The notes below the pieces were generated by a model. That model searched no databases and had not been told where the DNA came from. It was given only the letters and a program-made list of their open reading frames with translations. A DNA stretch of 60,209 nt. Source: Vulcanimicrobiota bacterium (GTDB lineage Bacteria; Vulcanimicrobiota; Vulcanimicrobiia; Vulcanimicrobiales; Vulcanimicrobiaceae). Both the position numbers and the translations under genes were made by a program. The stretch covers positions 1 through 60,209 of the forward strand of contig PLCF01000063.1 of assembly GCA_003135555.1 (NCBI GenBank), written 5' to 3'. Positions 1 to 8,844 of the stretch are shown in pieces. Every line of letters begins with the position of its first letter. The first letter of the stretch is position 1.

Positions 1-3
1 GTT

Positions 4-20
4 CATAATTCTCAGTTATC
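4..20. other. Candidate tyrosine-recombinase core/crossover site (CATAA-N7-TTATC)
   Basis: A/T-rich imperfect inverted repeat cATAA ttctcag TTATc, 7 nt past the integrase stop codon; resembles dif/att core architecture. Confidence 0.35.
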
Positions 21-27
21 ATCCGGG

Positions 28-933
28 TCATGCTTTCGGTGCCGCGAAGTTGCCGAGGACATTTGCGCGAGCGATGGCCGTTTGCAGGGCGCGATCGCTT
101 ACGTGGGTATAAATCTGGGTCGTCAGGATGCTTCGGTGGCCGAGAAGGCGCTGGACGAAGCGAATGTCGGTACCCGATTCTAGCAGCATCGTCGCTGCCG
201 TGTGACGCAGCATGTGGGGCGTGACGCGACGGCTGACGCCCGCGATGCGGCCTAGCTCAGCGATCGCCCTGCGGATGCGAGCGGGTGAAAGCGGACGGCC
301 GACCGCGTCTACGAGGAGTCGGCGCTCCGCGACGTTGCCCCGAGCGCCGTGGCGCACGCCGATGTAGGACCGAAGCTCTTCGCGGATTCGTACGTCGGTG
401 ACGAAGACGGTTCGCTCGCGGCTACCCTTGCCGAAAATTCGTAGGCGGCCTGCCGATGAATCCACGTCGCCGATGATTAACGTAGACAGCTCGCCGACTC
501 GCATCCCGGTAGCAAGAAGCAGCGCAATCGCAAGCGCTGAATCAGCCCCGCGCGCCGACCGGTGTAGCATGAGGCGCCGCAAGTCGCGGCCTTCTAGGCA
601 GCGTGGCAGGCGAGCGGGGAGGCGGATGCGCAACTCCGTCCGGGCAAATGGTGACGCGTCGAGTACATCGCGGCGCACGAGCCAAGCAAACAGCGCCCGC
701 AGACACGCGAGACGGCGCTTCACAGTAGCGGCGGCCAGGCCGCGCGCGCTCGACAACACGTTTCGATAGGAAAGAATGTCGGCGGGCGCTATTCGCGCTA
801 TAGCCCGCGGCGCCCCGAGATAGCTTTGGAATTCGGCGAGATCCTGACGGTAGGCGTTGATCGTGTTCGGGGCTAGGTGCTTTTCCTCGGAGCAGTAGCG
901 AAGAAAAGCCGCGGCAGCAGCAGAAACGCGCAT
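28..933 (-). CDS. Tyrosine recombinase/integrase, XerC/XerD family
   Basis: N-terminal SAM-like domain (LAPNTINAYRQDL); catalytic motifs TGMRVGEL, GKGSRER, HMLRHTAAT, LLGH..ILTTQIYTH; ATG at 933 preceded by GGAGG. Confidence 0.93.
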   Translation of the reverse strand: MRVSAAAAAFLRYCSEEKHLAPNTINAYRQDLAEFQSYLGAPRAIARIAPADILSYRNVLSSARGLAAATVKRRLACLRALFAWLVRRDVLDASPFARTELRIRLPARLPRCLEGRDLRRLMLHRSARGADSALAIALLLATGMRVGELSTLIIGDVDSSAGRLRIFGKGSRERTVFVTDVRIREELRSYIGVRHGARGNVAERRLLVDAVGRPLSPARIRRAIAELGRIAGVSRRVTPHMLRHTAATMLLESGTDIRFVQRLLGHRSILTTQIYTHVSDRALQTAIARANVLGNFAAPKA

Positions 934-941
934 GGAGACCT

Positions 942-984
942 CCGGTTGGGTACGGCAATCAAGCACCGGCGAACACCCAACCGG
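942..984. promoter_or_regulatory. Perfect 10-bp inverted repeat upstream of the integrase RBS
   Basis: CCGGTTGGGT (942-951) / ACCCAACCGG (975-984), 23-bp spacer; function unknown. Confidence 0.4.
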
Positions 985-1011
985 TCCGCCATTGTCTGAC
1001 CCCGCGCCCTA

Positions 1012-1038
1012 GCCGTCCTGCGTCTCCGCAGGGACGGC
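1012..1038 (-). terminator. GC-rich hairpin just after the stop of the acs 3' fragment
   Basis: GCCGTCCTGCG-TCTC-CGCAG-GGACGGC stem with one bulge; no U-tract. Confidence 0.35.
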
Positions 1039-1040
1039 CG

Positions 1041-1685
1041 CTACTCTTCGAGCGTCGTTACGTCCCCGAGGTCTTGGCCCGTCTCTTGGGCTTTGAGCAG
1101 CCTGCGCATGATCTTACCGCTCCGCGTCTTCGGCAGCTTTGCGGTGAACCGGATCGCGGCGGGCGTTGCGATCGGGCCGAGCTCGTGCCTAACGTGGTCG
1201 ATCAGCTGCCTCGCAAGCTCGTCCGACTGCGTGTAGCCCGCGCGCAGCACCACGTAGGCGATGATCGCCTCTCCCTTGATCTCGTCTGGGACGCCGCAGA
1301 CGCCGGCTTCGCCGCACGCGGGAAACGATACGAGGGCGCTCTCCACGTCGGCGGTCGCGATGCGATGGCCTGCTATGCTGAGCGCGTCGTCGGCGCGGCG
1401 CACCGTGATGTAGCCTTGCTCGTCGATCGTCGCGACGTCGCCGGCGACGTATACGCCCCACCTGAAGTACTGCGCGTAGCGCTCCGGGTCGTTCCAAACC
1501 GAGGCGAACATGTACGGCAGCGGTGTCTCGACGACCAGTAGCCCGCCCGCATTCTGCGGTACCGGCGCGCCGCCGGCGTCGCGAATGGAGTACGCGATCG
1601 GCCCCAGCGATTTGCCGCTGCGATCAGGGCGAACCGCCGTTGTCGGAAAGACACCGAGACACGGCGCGGCCAATTCCGTTTGCCA
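1041..1685 (-). pseudogene. Displaced 3' fragment of acetyl-CoA synthetase (C-terminal ~214 aa)
   Basis: Collinear with the C-terminus of 4985..6868 from WQTELAAP to GDVTTLEE; homology starts abruptly at the 17-bp repeat; one-codon deletion (TVR-RADD vs TVRGRADD). Confidence 0.9.
1669..1685. repeat. 17-bp direct repeat, copy 1 (putative att core)
   Basis: GCCAATTCCGTTTGCCA, identical to 5616-5632. Confidence 0.85.
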
Positions 1686-1808
1686 GCAGGCAGGCTGCAA
1701 AGGCGACACCGTGGACCGGTATTTTGCAGCGCAAGCCCAGCGGACGGCGGGTCACGTATTCCTGGATACGCTCCTAGCCCGCTTAGCGCGAAGACTCCTC
1801 GATTGAAG

Positions 1809-3275
1809 CTAGATCAGTGCGCTCGGGTTGTCGTCGGTAACGAGCAATGTCAGCCCCAGGCGTGCTCGACTAATCGCGACGTACGCTAACCTTCGTCCTT
1901 CATCGGTGTCTGGAAAGTGGCTCGCGCTGAAGTTTGACACCAGGACCTGGTCGAACTCGAGTCCCTTCGCGCGATGAATGGTGCTGGCCGCAAAGCCCGG
2001 TCGACGGGAATTGCTCTTATAGGCAGCCACAATCTCGTGCAACTGATCGCGAGCAAGCGCACCATCTGTTTCGGTAACGGATGCGAAAATCGTCAGCGCA
2101 GCCGGGCGCTCCACACGCAGCCAGTCAGGTGTCTCACGGGAAATCTGTGCGAACACCTGAGCAGCACCCCGCAGATTTGGCTCCGAGTAAAGGGGGCCGA
2201 ACAATTCCAAAAGCGGTGACACTTCGTGACGCCGCCCAGCAACGAACACATCTTGGAGGGACGCTTCGATCCGGGCTCTTCGAGCCGCGGTGAGACCTAT
2301 GGTTACTTGCGCTAGGATTCCCAGCATAACGCGTGCGACCGCCGAAGGCGAGCCCGATACGCCCACGACGTCTTCAAGGCCTTGATAGATATGGCTGAAA
2401 TCGGAACCCTCGTAGATCGCGACCAGGCCAGGTGCTGCCGCACGCTTCAAAGTTACGGCATGGTTACGCCGAGCGCTCAAAAGAGCGCCGCTGCCCGCGC
2501 CTTGGATTCTTCGCACAAAGCCTGTATAGTCGATTGGGATTCCCGGCGAAAATCGGACGTCGCGGACACGCACGCGCTCGATGCGGACGCTTCGGGGCAG
2601 CGTCCCAGTCGGTAGGGGAGCACCGGCAAGCAGAGCAGCACGCGCAGCGAGTATCCACTCGCCGAGTTCAGGGGCGTCTTGCCAGCGGTAAGGAGTGGCC
2701 AGATGCTCCTCACTTTCGGCATCCGCCTGAATCGCTGCCCACCCGAAGCCATCTTCAGCCGGAAAAATTGTCTGCATCGGATCGCCGAAGGCGCGAACTC
2801 TGGCGCCGCGCCGGCGGAGCGCCATTGCTATCTCGTGCTGGCTGCGACTCGCATCTTGATGCTCGTCCAAGATCAGAACTGGAAACTGCTCGGCCAACAT
2901 GTCTCCAATAACGGGGCACCTTTCAATTAACACCGCCGCATGTCTCGAAAGGTCGGCAGGCAGCAACATTTCGGCGCCCTCTCCGACGCGCAGTGGTTCC
3001 GCAATTCCAAGGCCACTAGCATACGGCGCAATCAATTTTAGCGCGAGCGAATCAAATGTCGACACCGCGACTTTGTCACGTACATCGGCCGTTCGACTAG
3101 AGAACTCTTCGACGGCCGCATTGGTATGAGCGAGAACCAACACGCGCTTCCCTTGCGTCGTTCCGCCACCGACTGCACGGGCAAATTCGGCCGCGGCATA
3201 CGTCTTCCCGCAGCCAGCCGCGGCATCGACGAGGACGAAGCCCGCGTTCGAGTTTAGAGCATCCTCAAGAGCCAC
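1809..3275 (-). CDS. UvrD/Rep-like SF1 helicase, Gabija GajB-like
   Basis: AAAGCGKT, LAHTNAAVEE, LDEHQD, GDPMQTIF, STIHRAKGLEFD, YVAISRAR; short (488 aa); GTG start overlaps the TAG of the upstream OLD nuclease. Confidence 0.85.
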   Translation of the reverse strand: MALEDALNSNAGFVLVDAAAGCGKTYAAAEFARAVGGGTTQGKRVLVLAHTNAAVEEFSSRTADVRDKVAVSTFDSLALKLIAPYASGLGIAEPLRVGEGAEMLLPADLSRHAAVLIERCPVIGDMLAEQFPVLILDEHQDASRSQHEIAMALRRRGARVRAFGDPMQTIFPAEDGFGWAAIQADAESEEHLATPYRWQDAPELGEWILAARAALLAGAPLPTGTLPRSVRIERVRVRDVRFSPGIPIDYTGFVRRIQGAGSGALLSARRNHAVTLKRAAAPGLVAIYEGSDFSHIYQGLEDVVGVSGSPSAVARVMLGILAQVTIGLTAARRARIEASLQDVFVAGRRHEVSPLLELFGPLYSEPNLRGAAQVFAQISRETPDWLRVERPAALTIFASVTETDGALARDQLHEIVAAYKSNSRRPGFAASTIHRAKGLEFDQVLVSNFSASHFPDTDEGRRLAYVAISRARLGLTLLVTDDNPSALI

Positions 3276-4933
3276 TATGCCTTTAACCGGTCCGCAAATG
3301 GCTGAAGCTCATCTTGCATCTCCCGCGGTATGCCTATTTCAAGCAGTGCTCGGCCCAGACGCTCGCCGTGTTCCGCGGTCTTAAACCACGACAATTCATT
3401 CATTACTCTTGCCAGGGCATCGCGCAAAGTTTGCTCGTCAAAACTCTTTGCAATCGCCTCCCACTCCGATTTAACCGGCTCGGCCAGGGTCGGCAGCGCT
3501 TCCTTTAGCTGATCCATCAGGTACCGTTCCTCCATCCGCGCTGCCGCAAGCACGTGGCCCATCTGGGCCATCGGCACGTAGCGTGCAACAGCTTCTTCGA
3601 TGTTCTTTACGCTGGCCCAGAAGAAGGAGGTCGCGACAGCAGCGACTTTAGCGCGCGTTCCTTCGAGCTCCGTTTCGTTGTCTGCGAATACGGCGACGCG
3701 AATACCAGCGTCCGCAAGTCCTTTGGCAAGATCTAGCGTAGGCCCGTGACCGCCGCCATCGACAGGATGAATCCCGAGAGCTTCGAGCGAGCTTCCCGTA
3801 AGGCTTGGGAGGATTGCGCGCAACAGCCCGATTTCGGTAACACCTTCACAAACGATCGGCAGTGGGGCGAAAAACGCTTCAGGATCTTGCCTAAGGAGTC
3901 GGGCGAAGACGGTGGGAGAAAAGAGAATGGGATTCTTGCTTGCGTCGAGCCTCCACACTGCCGAAGCTGAAAATGCCCGCAACATGGTCGGCGAGTGCGT
4001 CGCAATAAATGCTTGGCCTCGCGCGCCCAGTTCCGCAATCGCCGCAGCGGCGATCCTCTGACGAAACGGTTCAAGTCCGCGTTCAGGCTCGTCGAAAGTC
4101 AGCACGACTAAATTCGGTGCGGATCGGCTAATCAAGGACACGGCCAAGAGCGCCTTCGTGCCGTTGCCGCTAAGGGCGATAGGAATTGCAGTCTGCCTAT
4201 CTACGCCTCGAAGTATGTCTAGGAGCTGAAGTAAGTCCGCACCATGGGGAGAGCCGAGTCCAATCATTATGTCATCGGGAAGACCTACCGCCTTAAACAG
4301 CGTCCGGAGATCTTCAATTGTGTCCGTCGCGGCTTGTGGAAGCGTTAGGCCTGCAGAAGCAGCCGCGAGAGCCCCTTGTGCAGCTCCTCTTAAGGCTGCG
4401 GCGTCGAATTGGCGTCCTAGTAGACTCGTTTGTGAGACTCGTAACGCGCGCGAGGCCGTGTCGTCATCGAGAACTCGAACAAGGCCCAACTTCTTTCTCA
4501 GCGCCACCGAAAACGGAAATGGATCTCCGCTCGGTGCCACAATCTCATGAACGGCTTCCAGATCTGCGGTGCCGGCGACTCGAATCTTGAGTACAGGTTC
4601 GGTTCCCGCGCTGGGTAGCATTTCAAGCGAACCGTCCTCCTTGAGTCCGAAGAGCGGCGGTAGCCGACGGTCCGTCGATAGCGTCGTGGCATCCAGCCCG
4701 CTTAATAGTGCTTCGATTTCAAAGCCATCTGCAACCCGGCGTTCAAAGTAGTCAAATTCAGAACGCGCGCCTTGAGCGGACGGCGCCAACAAAAGCGAGA
4801 TCGCAGCCAAGACGTTACTCTTCCCGCCGTCCGCCGGGCCAACAAACACGTTAACGCCCGAGTGCGGGGTCCACGTGAAATCGCGTAGTGAGCGGTATCT
4901 CTTGATGGTTAGTCGTCTGATCGCGATGGCCAT
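3275..4933 (-). CDS. OLD-family ATP-dependent endonuclease (ABC ATPase + TOPRIM), Gabija GajA-like
   Basis: N-terminal IKRYRSL, Walker A GPADGGKS, Walker B FDEPERGLEP, IATHSP, TOPRIM CEGVTE ... ADNE. Confidence 0.85.
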   Translation of the reverse strand: MAIAIRRLTIKRYRSLRDFTWTPHSGVNVFVGPADGGKSNVLAAISLLLAPSAQGARSEFDYFERRVADGFEIEALLSGLDATTLSTDRRLPPLFGLKEDGSLEMLPSAGTEPVLKIRVAGTADLEAVHEIVAPSGDPFPFSVALRKKLGLVRVLDDDTASRALRVSQTSLLGRQFDAAALRGAAQGALAAASAGLTLPQAATDTIEDLRTLFKAVGLPDDIMIGLGSPHGADLLQLLDILRGVDRQTAIPIALSGNGTKALLAVSLISRSAPNLVVLTFDEPERGLEPFRQRIAAAAIAELGARGQAFIATHSPTMLRAFSASAVWRLDASKNPILFSPTVFARLLRQDPEAFFAPLPIVCEGVTEIGLLRAILPSLTGSSLEALGIHPVDGGGHGPTLDLAKGLADAGIRVAVFADNETELEGTRAKVAAVATSFFWASVKNIEEAVARYVPMAQMGHVLAAARMEERYLMDQLKEALPTLAEPVKSEWEAIAKSFDEQTLRDALARVMNELSWFKTAEHGERLGRALLEIGIPREMQDELQPFADRLKA

Positions 4934-4984
4934 TCAACACCCGTCGCCCTTTCAGCCATACCTAAGGTCTATCGAGGGTTACTA

Positions 4985-6868
4985 TCATTCTTCCAGTGTA
5001 GTCACATCGCCCAGCTCCTGGCCGGTTTCCTGCGCCTTCAGCAGGCGGCGCATGATCTTGCCACTGCGCGTCTTTGGCAGTTTCGAAGCGAAGCGGATAG
5101 CGGACGGCGTTGCTATCGGGCCGAGCTCGTGGCGGACGTGCGCGACTAGGTCGGCGGCAAGCGCATCTGACGCCGAGAATCCACTGCGCAGTACGACGTA
5201 TGCAACGATTGCTTCACCCTTAATCTCATCCGGCACACCACAGACTCCCGCTTCGCCGCAAGCTCGGTGCGAGACAAGCGCGCTTTCGACATCCGCCGTG
5301 GCAATGCGATGTCCGGCGATACTGAGAACGTCGTCGGCACGTCCACGCACCGTGATGTAGCCGTCGGAGTCGATCGTCGCGACGTCACCGGCGACGTAGA
5401 CGCCCCAGCGGAAATACTGGACATAACGCTCGGGATCGTTCCACACTGTGGAAAACATATATGGCAAGGGTGTCTCGACCACTAGAAGTCCGCCTTGACC
5501 GGGCGACAACTTTGCGCCATTAGCATCGCGTATCGAAAACGCGACTGGCCCAAGCGCTTTGCCACTTCGGTCGGGGCGTACGGCGGACGTCGGGAACACA
5601 CCGATAGTCGGCGCAGCCAATTCCGTTTGCCACCACTGATTGCACACGGCGACGTTCGTGCCGCCGACGGTCTCGTAGAGGAAGCGCCACGCCTCCGGGT
5701 TGAGCGGCTCGCCCGCACAGTACATTGCTTTGAGCGAAGACATGTCGTGCTTCGCAGCCAGCTCGCCGCCGAGCCGCAGCAGCATGCGCGCCAGGGTTGG
5801 CGCCGTATAAAACTGTGTCACCCTCAGACGGTCGATGGTGGCGTACACCGCGTCCGGAGCCGGAAAGTCGGGTGAGCCTTCACGCAGGACGCAGTGGTAG
5901 CGGTTGGCCAGCGCGCCGTACACCATGATGCTGTGCCCGACGATCCAGCCGATGTCGCTGGTGCACCAATAGACGTCGTCCGGCGTGATCCCGGTCGTCA
6001 GCGCGAGCATCGCCGCGGCCCCCACCAGGTAGCCGCCGTGCGTCATCACCACACCCTTGGGCTTGCCGGTCGTCCCGCTGGTGTAGAGGATGAAGAGCGG
6101 GTGCTCCGAGCCGACGATCTCCGGGTCGCACTCCGTGCCCTGCCCGTCGCAATACGCCTCGAAGTTGACCTCGCGGGGATCGGCGGGCTCGGGGCTCGCC
6201 TCGCGGCGGTGCACGATGATCCGGCGCACCAGCTCGAGACCGCGCACCGCATCGTCGACGATCGGCTTCAGCGTAACCGTCTTGCCCCGGCGGTAGGTCA
6301 CGTCGCCCACGATCATCACCGTCGCACCGGCATCCACGATGCGGTCGCGCAGCGAGGTCGCTCCGAGCCCGGCGTACACCACCGAGTGGATCGCGCCGAT
6401 CCGCGCGCACGCCAGCATCGCGACGATCCCTTCGATCGTCAGCGGCATGTAGATGATGACGCGATCGCCGACGGCGACCCCGTCGAACCGCAGCGCGTTG
6501 GCGAGCTGATTCACGCGCGCCAACAGTTGAGCGTACGTGAACGTGCGCTCGTCGCCGTTCTCGCAGACGTAACGGTATGCGATCGCCTCGGCGTGATGCG
6601 CGGCGTGACGATCGAGGCACGAGACCGTTGCGTTGAGCTCTCCGTCAGGGAACCAATGCTGATCGTCGATCGCGCCGGTGAACACGGTCTGCGGCTCGGT
6701 CTCCCACGCAATGTCGCGCGCGCGTTCCCGCCAGAACGCGATCGGATCGCGCAGTGCTGCAGCGACGAACGCATCTTGATCCGCGATCGGGAACCATGAC
6801 GAGACGCCCGGCGGCGGCGGAACCACCTCGCCTGTCGAGAGCAGACCTTCGATATGGGGCGACGACAT
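4985..6868 (-). CDS. acs: Acetate--CoA ligase (acetyl-CoA synthetase)
   Basis: MLACARIGAIHSVV, YTSGTTGKPKGV, DIGWIVGHS, WWQTE, LPKTRSGKIMRR. Confidence 0.93.
   Translation of the reverse strand: MSSPHIEGLLSTGEVVPPPPGVSSWFPIADQDAFVAAALRDPIAFWRERARDIAWETEPQTVFTGAIDDQHWFPDGELNATVSCLDRHAAHHAEAIAYRYVCENGDERTFTYAQLLARVNQLANALRFDGVAVGDRVIIYMPLTIEGIVAMLACARIGAIHSVVYAGLGATSLRDRIVDAGATVMIVGDVTYRRGKTVTLKPIVDDAVRGLELVRRIIVHRREASPEPADPREVNFEAYCDGQGTECDPEIVGSEHPLFILYTSGTTGKPKGVVMTHGGYLVGAAAMLALTTGITPDDVYWCTSDIGWIVGHSIMVYGALANRYHCVLREGSPDFPAPDAVYATIDRLRVTQFYTAPTLARMLLRLGGELAAKHDMSSLKAMYCAGEPLNPEAWRFLYETVGGTNVAVCNQWWQTELAAPTIGVFPTSAVRPDRSGKALGPVAFSIRDANGAKLSPGQGGLLVVETPLPYMFSTVWNDPERYVQYFRWGVYVAGDVATIDSDGYITVRGRADDVLSIAGHRIATADVESALVSHRACGEAGVCGVPDEIKGEAIVAYVVLRSGFSASDALAADLVAHVRHELGPIATPSAIRFASKLPKTRSGKIMRRLLKAQETGQELGDVTTLEE
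5616..5632. repeat. 17-bp direct repeat, copy 2 (putative att core inside intact acs)
   Basis: GCCAATTCCGTTTGCCA = codons for WQTELA on the minus strand. Confidence 0.85.
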
Positions 6869-7692
6869 CAGACTTTGATGTAGTCGTGCTGGTCGATCAC
6901 GGGGCCGGCCGGGCCGTTCGTCACGTGATAGGTCGCGAAGTACGAACCGCGTCCGTTGCTCAGCTCCACTTCGATCACGGCGCCGTTGGCGTCGCTCGAG
7001 GTCGTCCGGATCGAGGTGATGCGCGTCTGGCGGTCGATGAACGCTTCCTCGGACAGGCCGCCCGAGCCGGGCGGTTTGCCCAACTCGGCGTAGGCCGCAT
7101 TTTCGTTACCGGCGATCAAGTCGGCGAGGTAGCGGCGCACCGCGTTCTGTGCGACGCCGCCGAAGGTCAGCGGCGTGGGCGCGCTCGTCGGCGGTCGGGG
7201 CGTCTCGGGTCGCGGCGACGGTGTCGCCGGCGGCTTGGTTTGCGCCGGTCGCGGCGACGCCGTCGGCCGCGCCGTCGCGGTCGGACGCGCGGTCGCGGTC
7301 GGACGCGCGGTCGCAGTCGGTTCGGACGCCGGCGACTCGCTCGCTCGGGGCGACGGGGTCGCGCGCGGCGTCACGGTCGGCCGCGGCGTCGTCGCCGGGG
7401 TGGCGCTCACGCGCGGCGTCGGCGTCGGATGCGCGACGAGCGTCGCGATCGCTACCGGTCCACGCGTCGGCTGCGCGACCGGCGTCACCACGGGCATACC
7501 GTGCGGCGCGGTCGTAGCCGTCGACGTCGTCGTGCCGCCTTCCTTGTGCTGCAGGGCCGAAAGGAACGCGCCGATACCCAGCCCGGCGACGACCACGCCG
7601 ATCCCCAGCGCGATCGTCGGCCACAAGCTCGATGCTTCGGAGGAGCGCCGCGACGGCGGCGTGGAGCGACGACGGCGAGGCGGTTCGGCCAT
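6868..7692 (-). CDS. Membrane-anchored hypothetical protein with Pro/Thr-rich linker
   Basis: One N-terminal TM helix, TARPTA repeats, small C-terminal domain; stop overlaps the acs start (TGATG). Confidence 0.75.
   Translation of the reverse strand: MAEPPRRRRSTPPSRRSSEASSLWPTIALGIGVVVAGLGIGAFLSALQHKEGGTTTSTATTAPHGMPVVTPVAQPTRGPVAIATLVAHPTPTPRVSATPATTPRPTVTPRATPSPRASESPASEPTATARPTATARPTATARPTASPRPAQTKPPATPSPRPETPRPPTSAPTPLTFGGVAQNAVRRYLADLIAGNENAAYAELGKPPGSGGLSEEAFIDRQTRITSIRTTSSDANGAVIEVELSNGRGSYFATYHVTNGPAGPVIDQHDYIKV
7274..7320. repeat. 18-bp in-frame tandem repeat (TARPTA)
   Basis: GTCGCGGTCGGACGCGCG x2 plus a partial third copy. Confidence 0.7.
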
Positions 7693-7755
7693 TGCAAACC
7701 GTCTTCACCGGGGACCGGGAGGCGGCCCGCCGCGCCGGGAAAGAGCGTCGTCGGT

Positions 7756-8058
7756 ATGCTCCGGGTCGCCGTCCCGATCGACGTCTCCGCGGTCTCTCGC
7801 ACCGCCTCGACCGCTTTCGCGCTCGCCACGCCGCTGCGCGTAGGAGACCTGCTGGCCGCGGCCGTCATCGAGGCGCTCGGCCCGCGCGCGCCGCAGGACA
7901 AGCGTGAACGCGTCGTACGCTCGACGCTGGCCGGGCTGACCTCCGGAACCTACGTCGTCGAGATCGACGGGCGCACCTACGGCGACCCCGATGACGTCGC
8001 CGTTTGCTCGGGCACGGCGACGTTGCGCTTCTTCCTGCGCGCACTGCGCGCGGCGTGA
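7756..8058 (+). CDS. Small hypothetical protein
   Basis: MLRVAVPIDV... 100 aa, divergent from 6868..7692; stop overlaps the next start (GTGA). Confidence 0.6.
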   Translation: MLRVAVPIDVSAVSRTASTAFALATPLRVGDLLAAAVIEALGPRAPQDKRERVVRSTLAGLTSGTYVVEIDGRTYGDPDDVAVCSGTATLRFFLRALRAA

Positions 8059-8834
8059 CCCCCGCCGAGCCTGCGGATCGACTGCCGCCCTCGATCGGCG
8101 GGCTGATCGGTTTCGCGGGTGCCGCGTTCGCCGAGCGCGCGCCTCTTTACGTGTTGCTCGCTATGGGAGCCTTCATCGCCGCGGGGATCACCGAGTACGC
8201 TCTCCCCGTGGCCGCCGAAACGACGCCGCACGGGCTTTTCAGAGGGATCGTGCTGACGCTGGTGCAGATCTTCGCCGACGCATTGGTGATCGCAGCCGTC
8301 GCCTTGGGTGTCGCGGCGCGCGTCGCAGGCGAACCGGTTGCGACGCGTACCGTCGCGGGGGCCGCGATCGAACGCTGGCTTCCGGTCATCGGCGTCACCA
8401 CGATAGCCCAACTGTTCGTCCTTCAGACGTTCCTGTTCAGCGGCTTGGTGCGACCGCCCGAGCCACGGGCGCTGGTCGTCGCGACGGCGCCGCTCACCTG
8501 GCTGTTGTGGGGCATGCTGAGCCTGACGGGTCCGATCGTGGCCTTGACGCGCGACAGACTGGCGGTACTAGCTGGCTTCGCGCGCGCGTTCACGCTCTCG
8601 CTCCGCCGCGAAAATCTCGTGCGCTTGGCGGTACTCTCGCTAATTTCGGTCACGCCGTCGGTGCTACAGGCGGTCGCGCTTCCCGTGCTCGTCCAGCACC
8701 ATGCAATACGGCCCGACTTTTGGGCCAATATCCCGATCGACGCGCTGACGGTCGGCCCGCTGGCCGCCGTCCAAACGGTATTCGCGCTCGATTTCGCGCG
8801 CCGAGCCGGCCAGCGAGAAACCCCGCCGCAGTAA
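8055..8834 (+). CDS. Multi-pass membrane hypothetical protein
   Basis: About 6 hydrophobic segments; GTG start coupled to the upstream stop. Confidence 0.7.
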   Translation: MTPAEPADRLPPSIGGLIGFAGAAFAERAPLYVLLAMGAFIAAGITEYALPVAAETTPHGLFRGIVLTLVQIFADALVIAAVALGVAARVAGEPVATRTVAGAAIERWLPVIGVTTIAQLFVLQTFLFSGLVRPPEPRALVVATAPLTWLLWGMLSLTGPIVALTRDRLAVLAGFARAFTLSLRRENLVRLAVLSLISVTPSVLQAVALPVLVQHHAIRPDFWANIPIDALTVGPLAAVQTVFALDFARRAGQRETPPQ

Positions 8835-8844
8835 CCGCTAGGCG

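Larger units (their letters stand above)
1669..5632. mobile_element. ~4-kb defence cassette/genomic islet inserted in acs
   Basis: Bounded by the exact 17-bp direct repeat; visibly A/T-richer than flanks; carries Gabija-like genes and an alternative acs 3' end; adjacent to a tyrosine recombinase. Confidence 0.75.

Noticed and set aside
1041..5632. acs duplicate as a DGR template/variable repeat pair
   Set aside because: No reverse transcriptase in the window; by eye the differences are largely synonymous or conservative rather than adenine-specific.
6754..7755. Arg-rich N-terminal extension of ORF 6754..8058
   Set aside because: Overlaps the real minus-strand gene; only the part from ATG 7756 looks protein-like.
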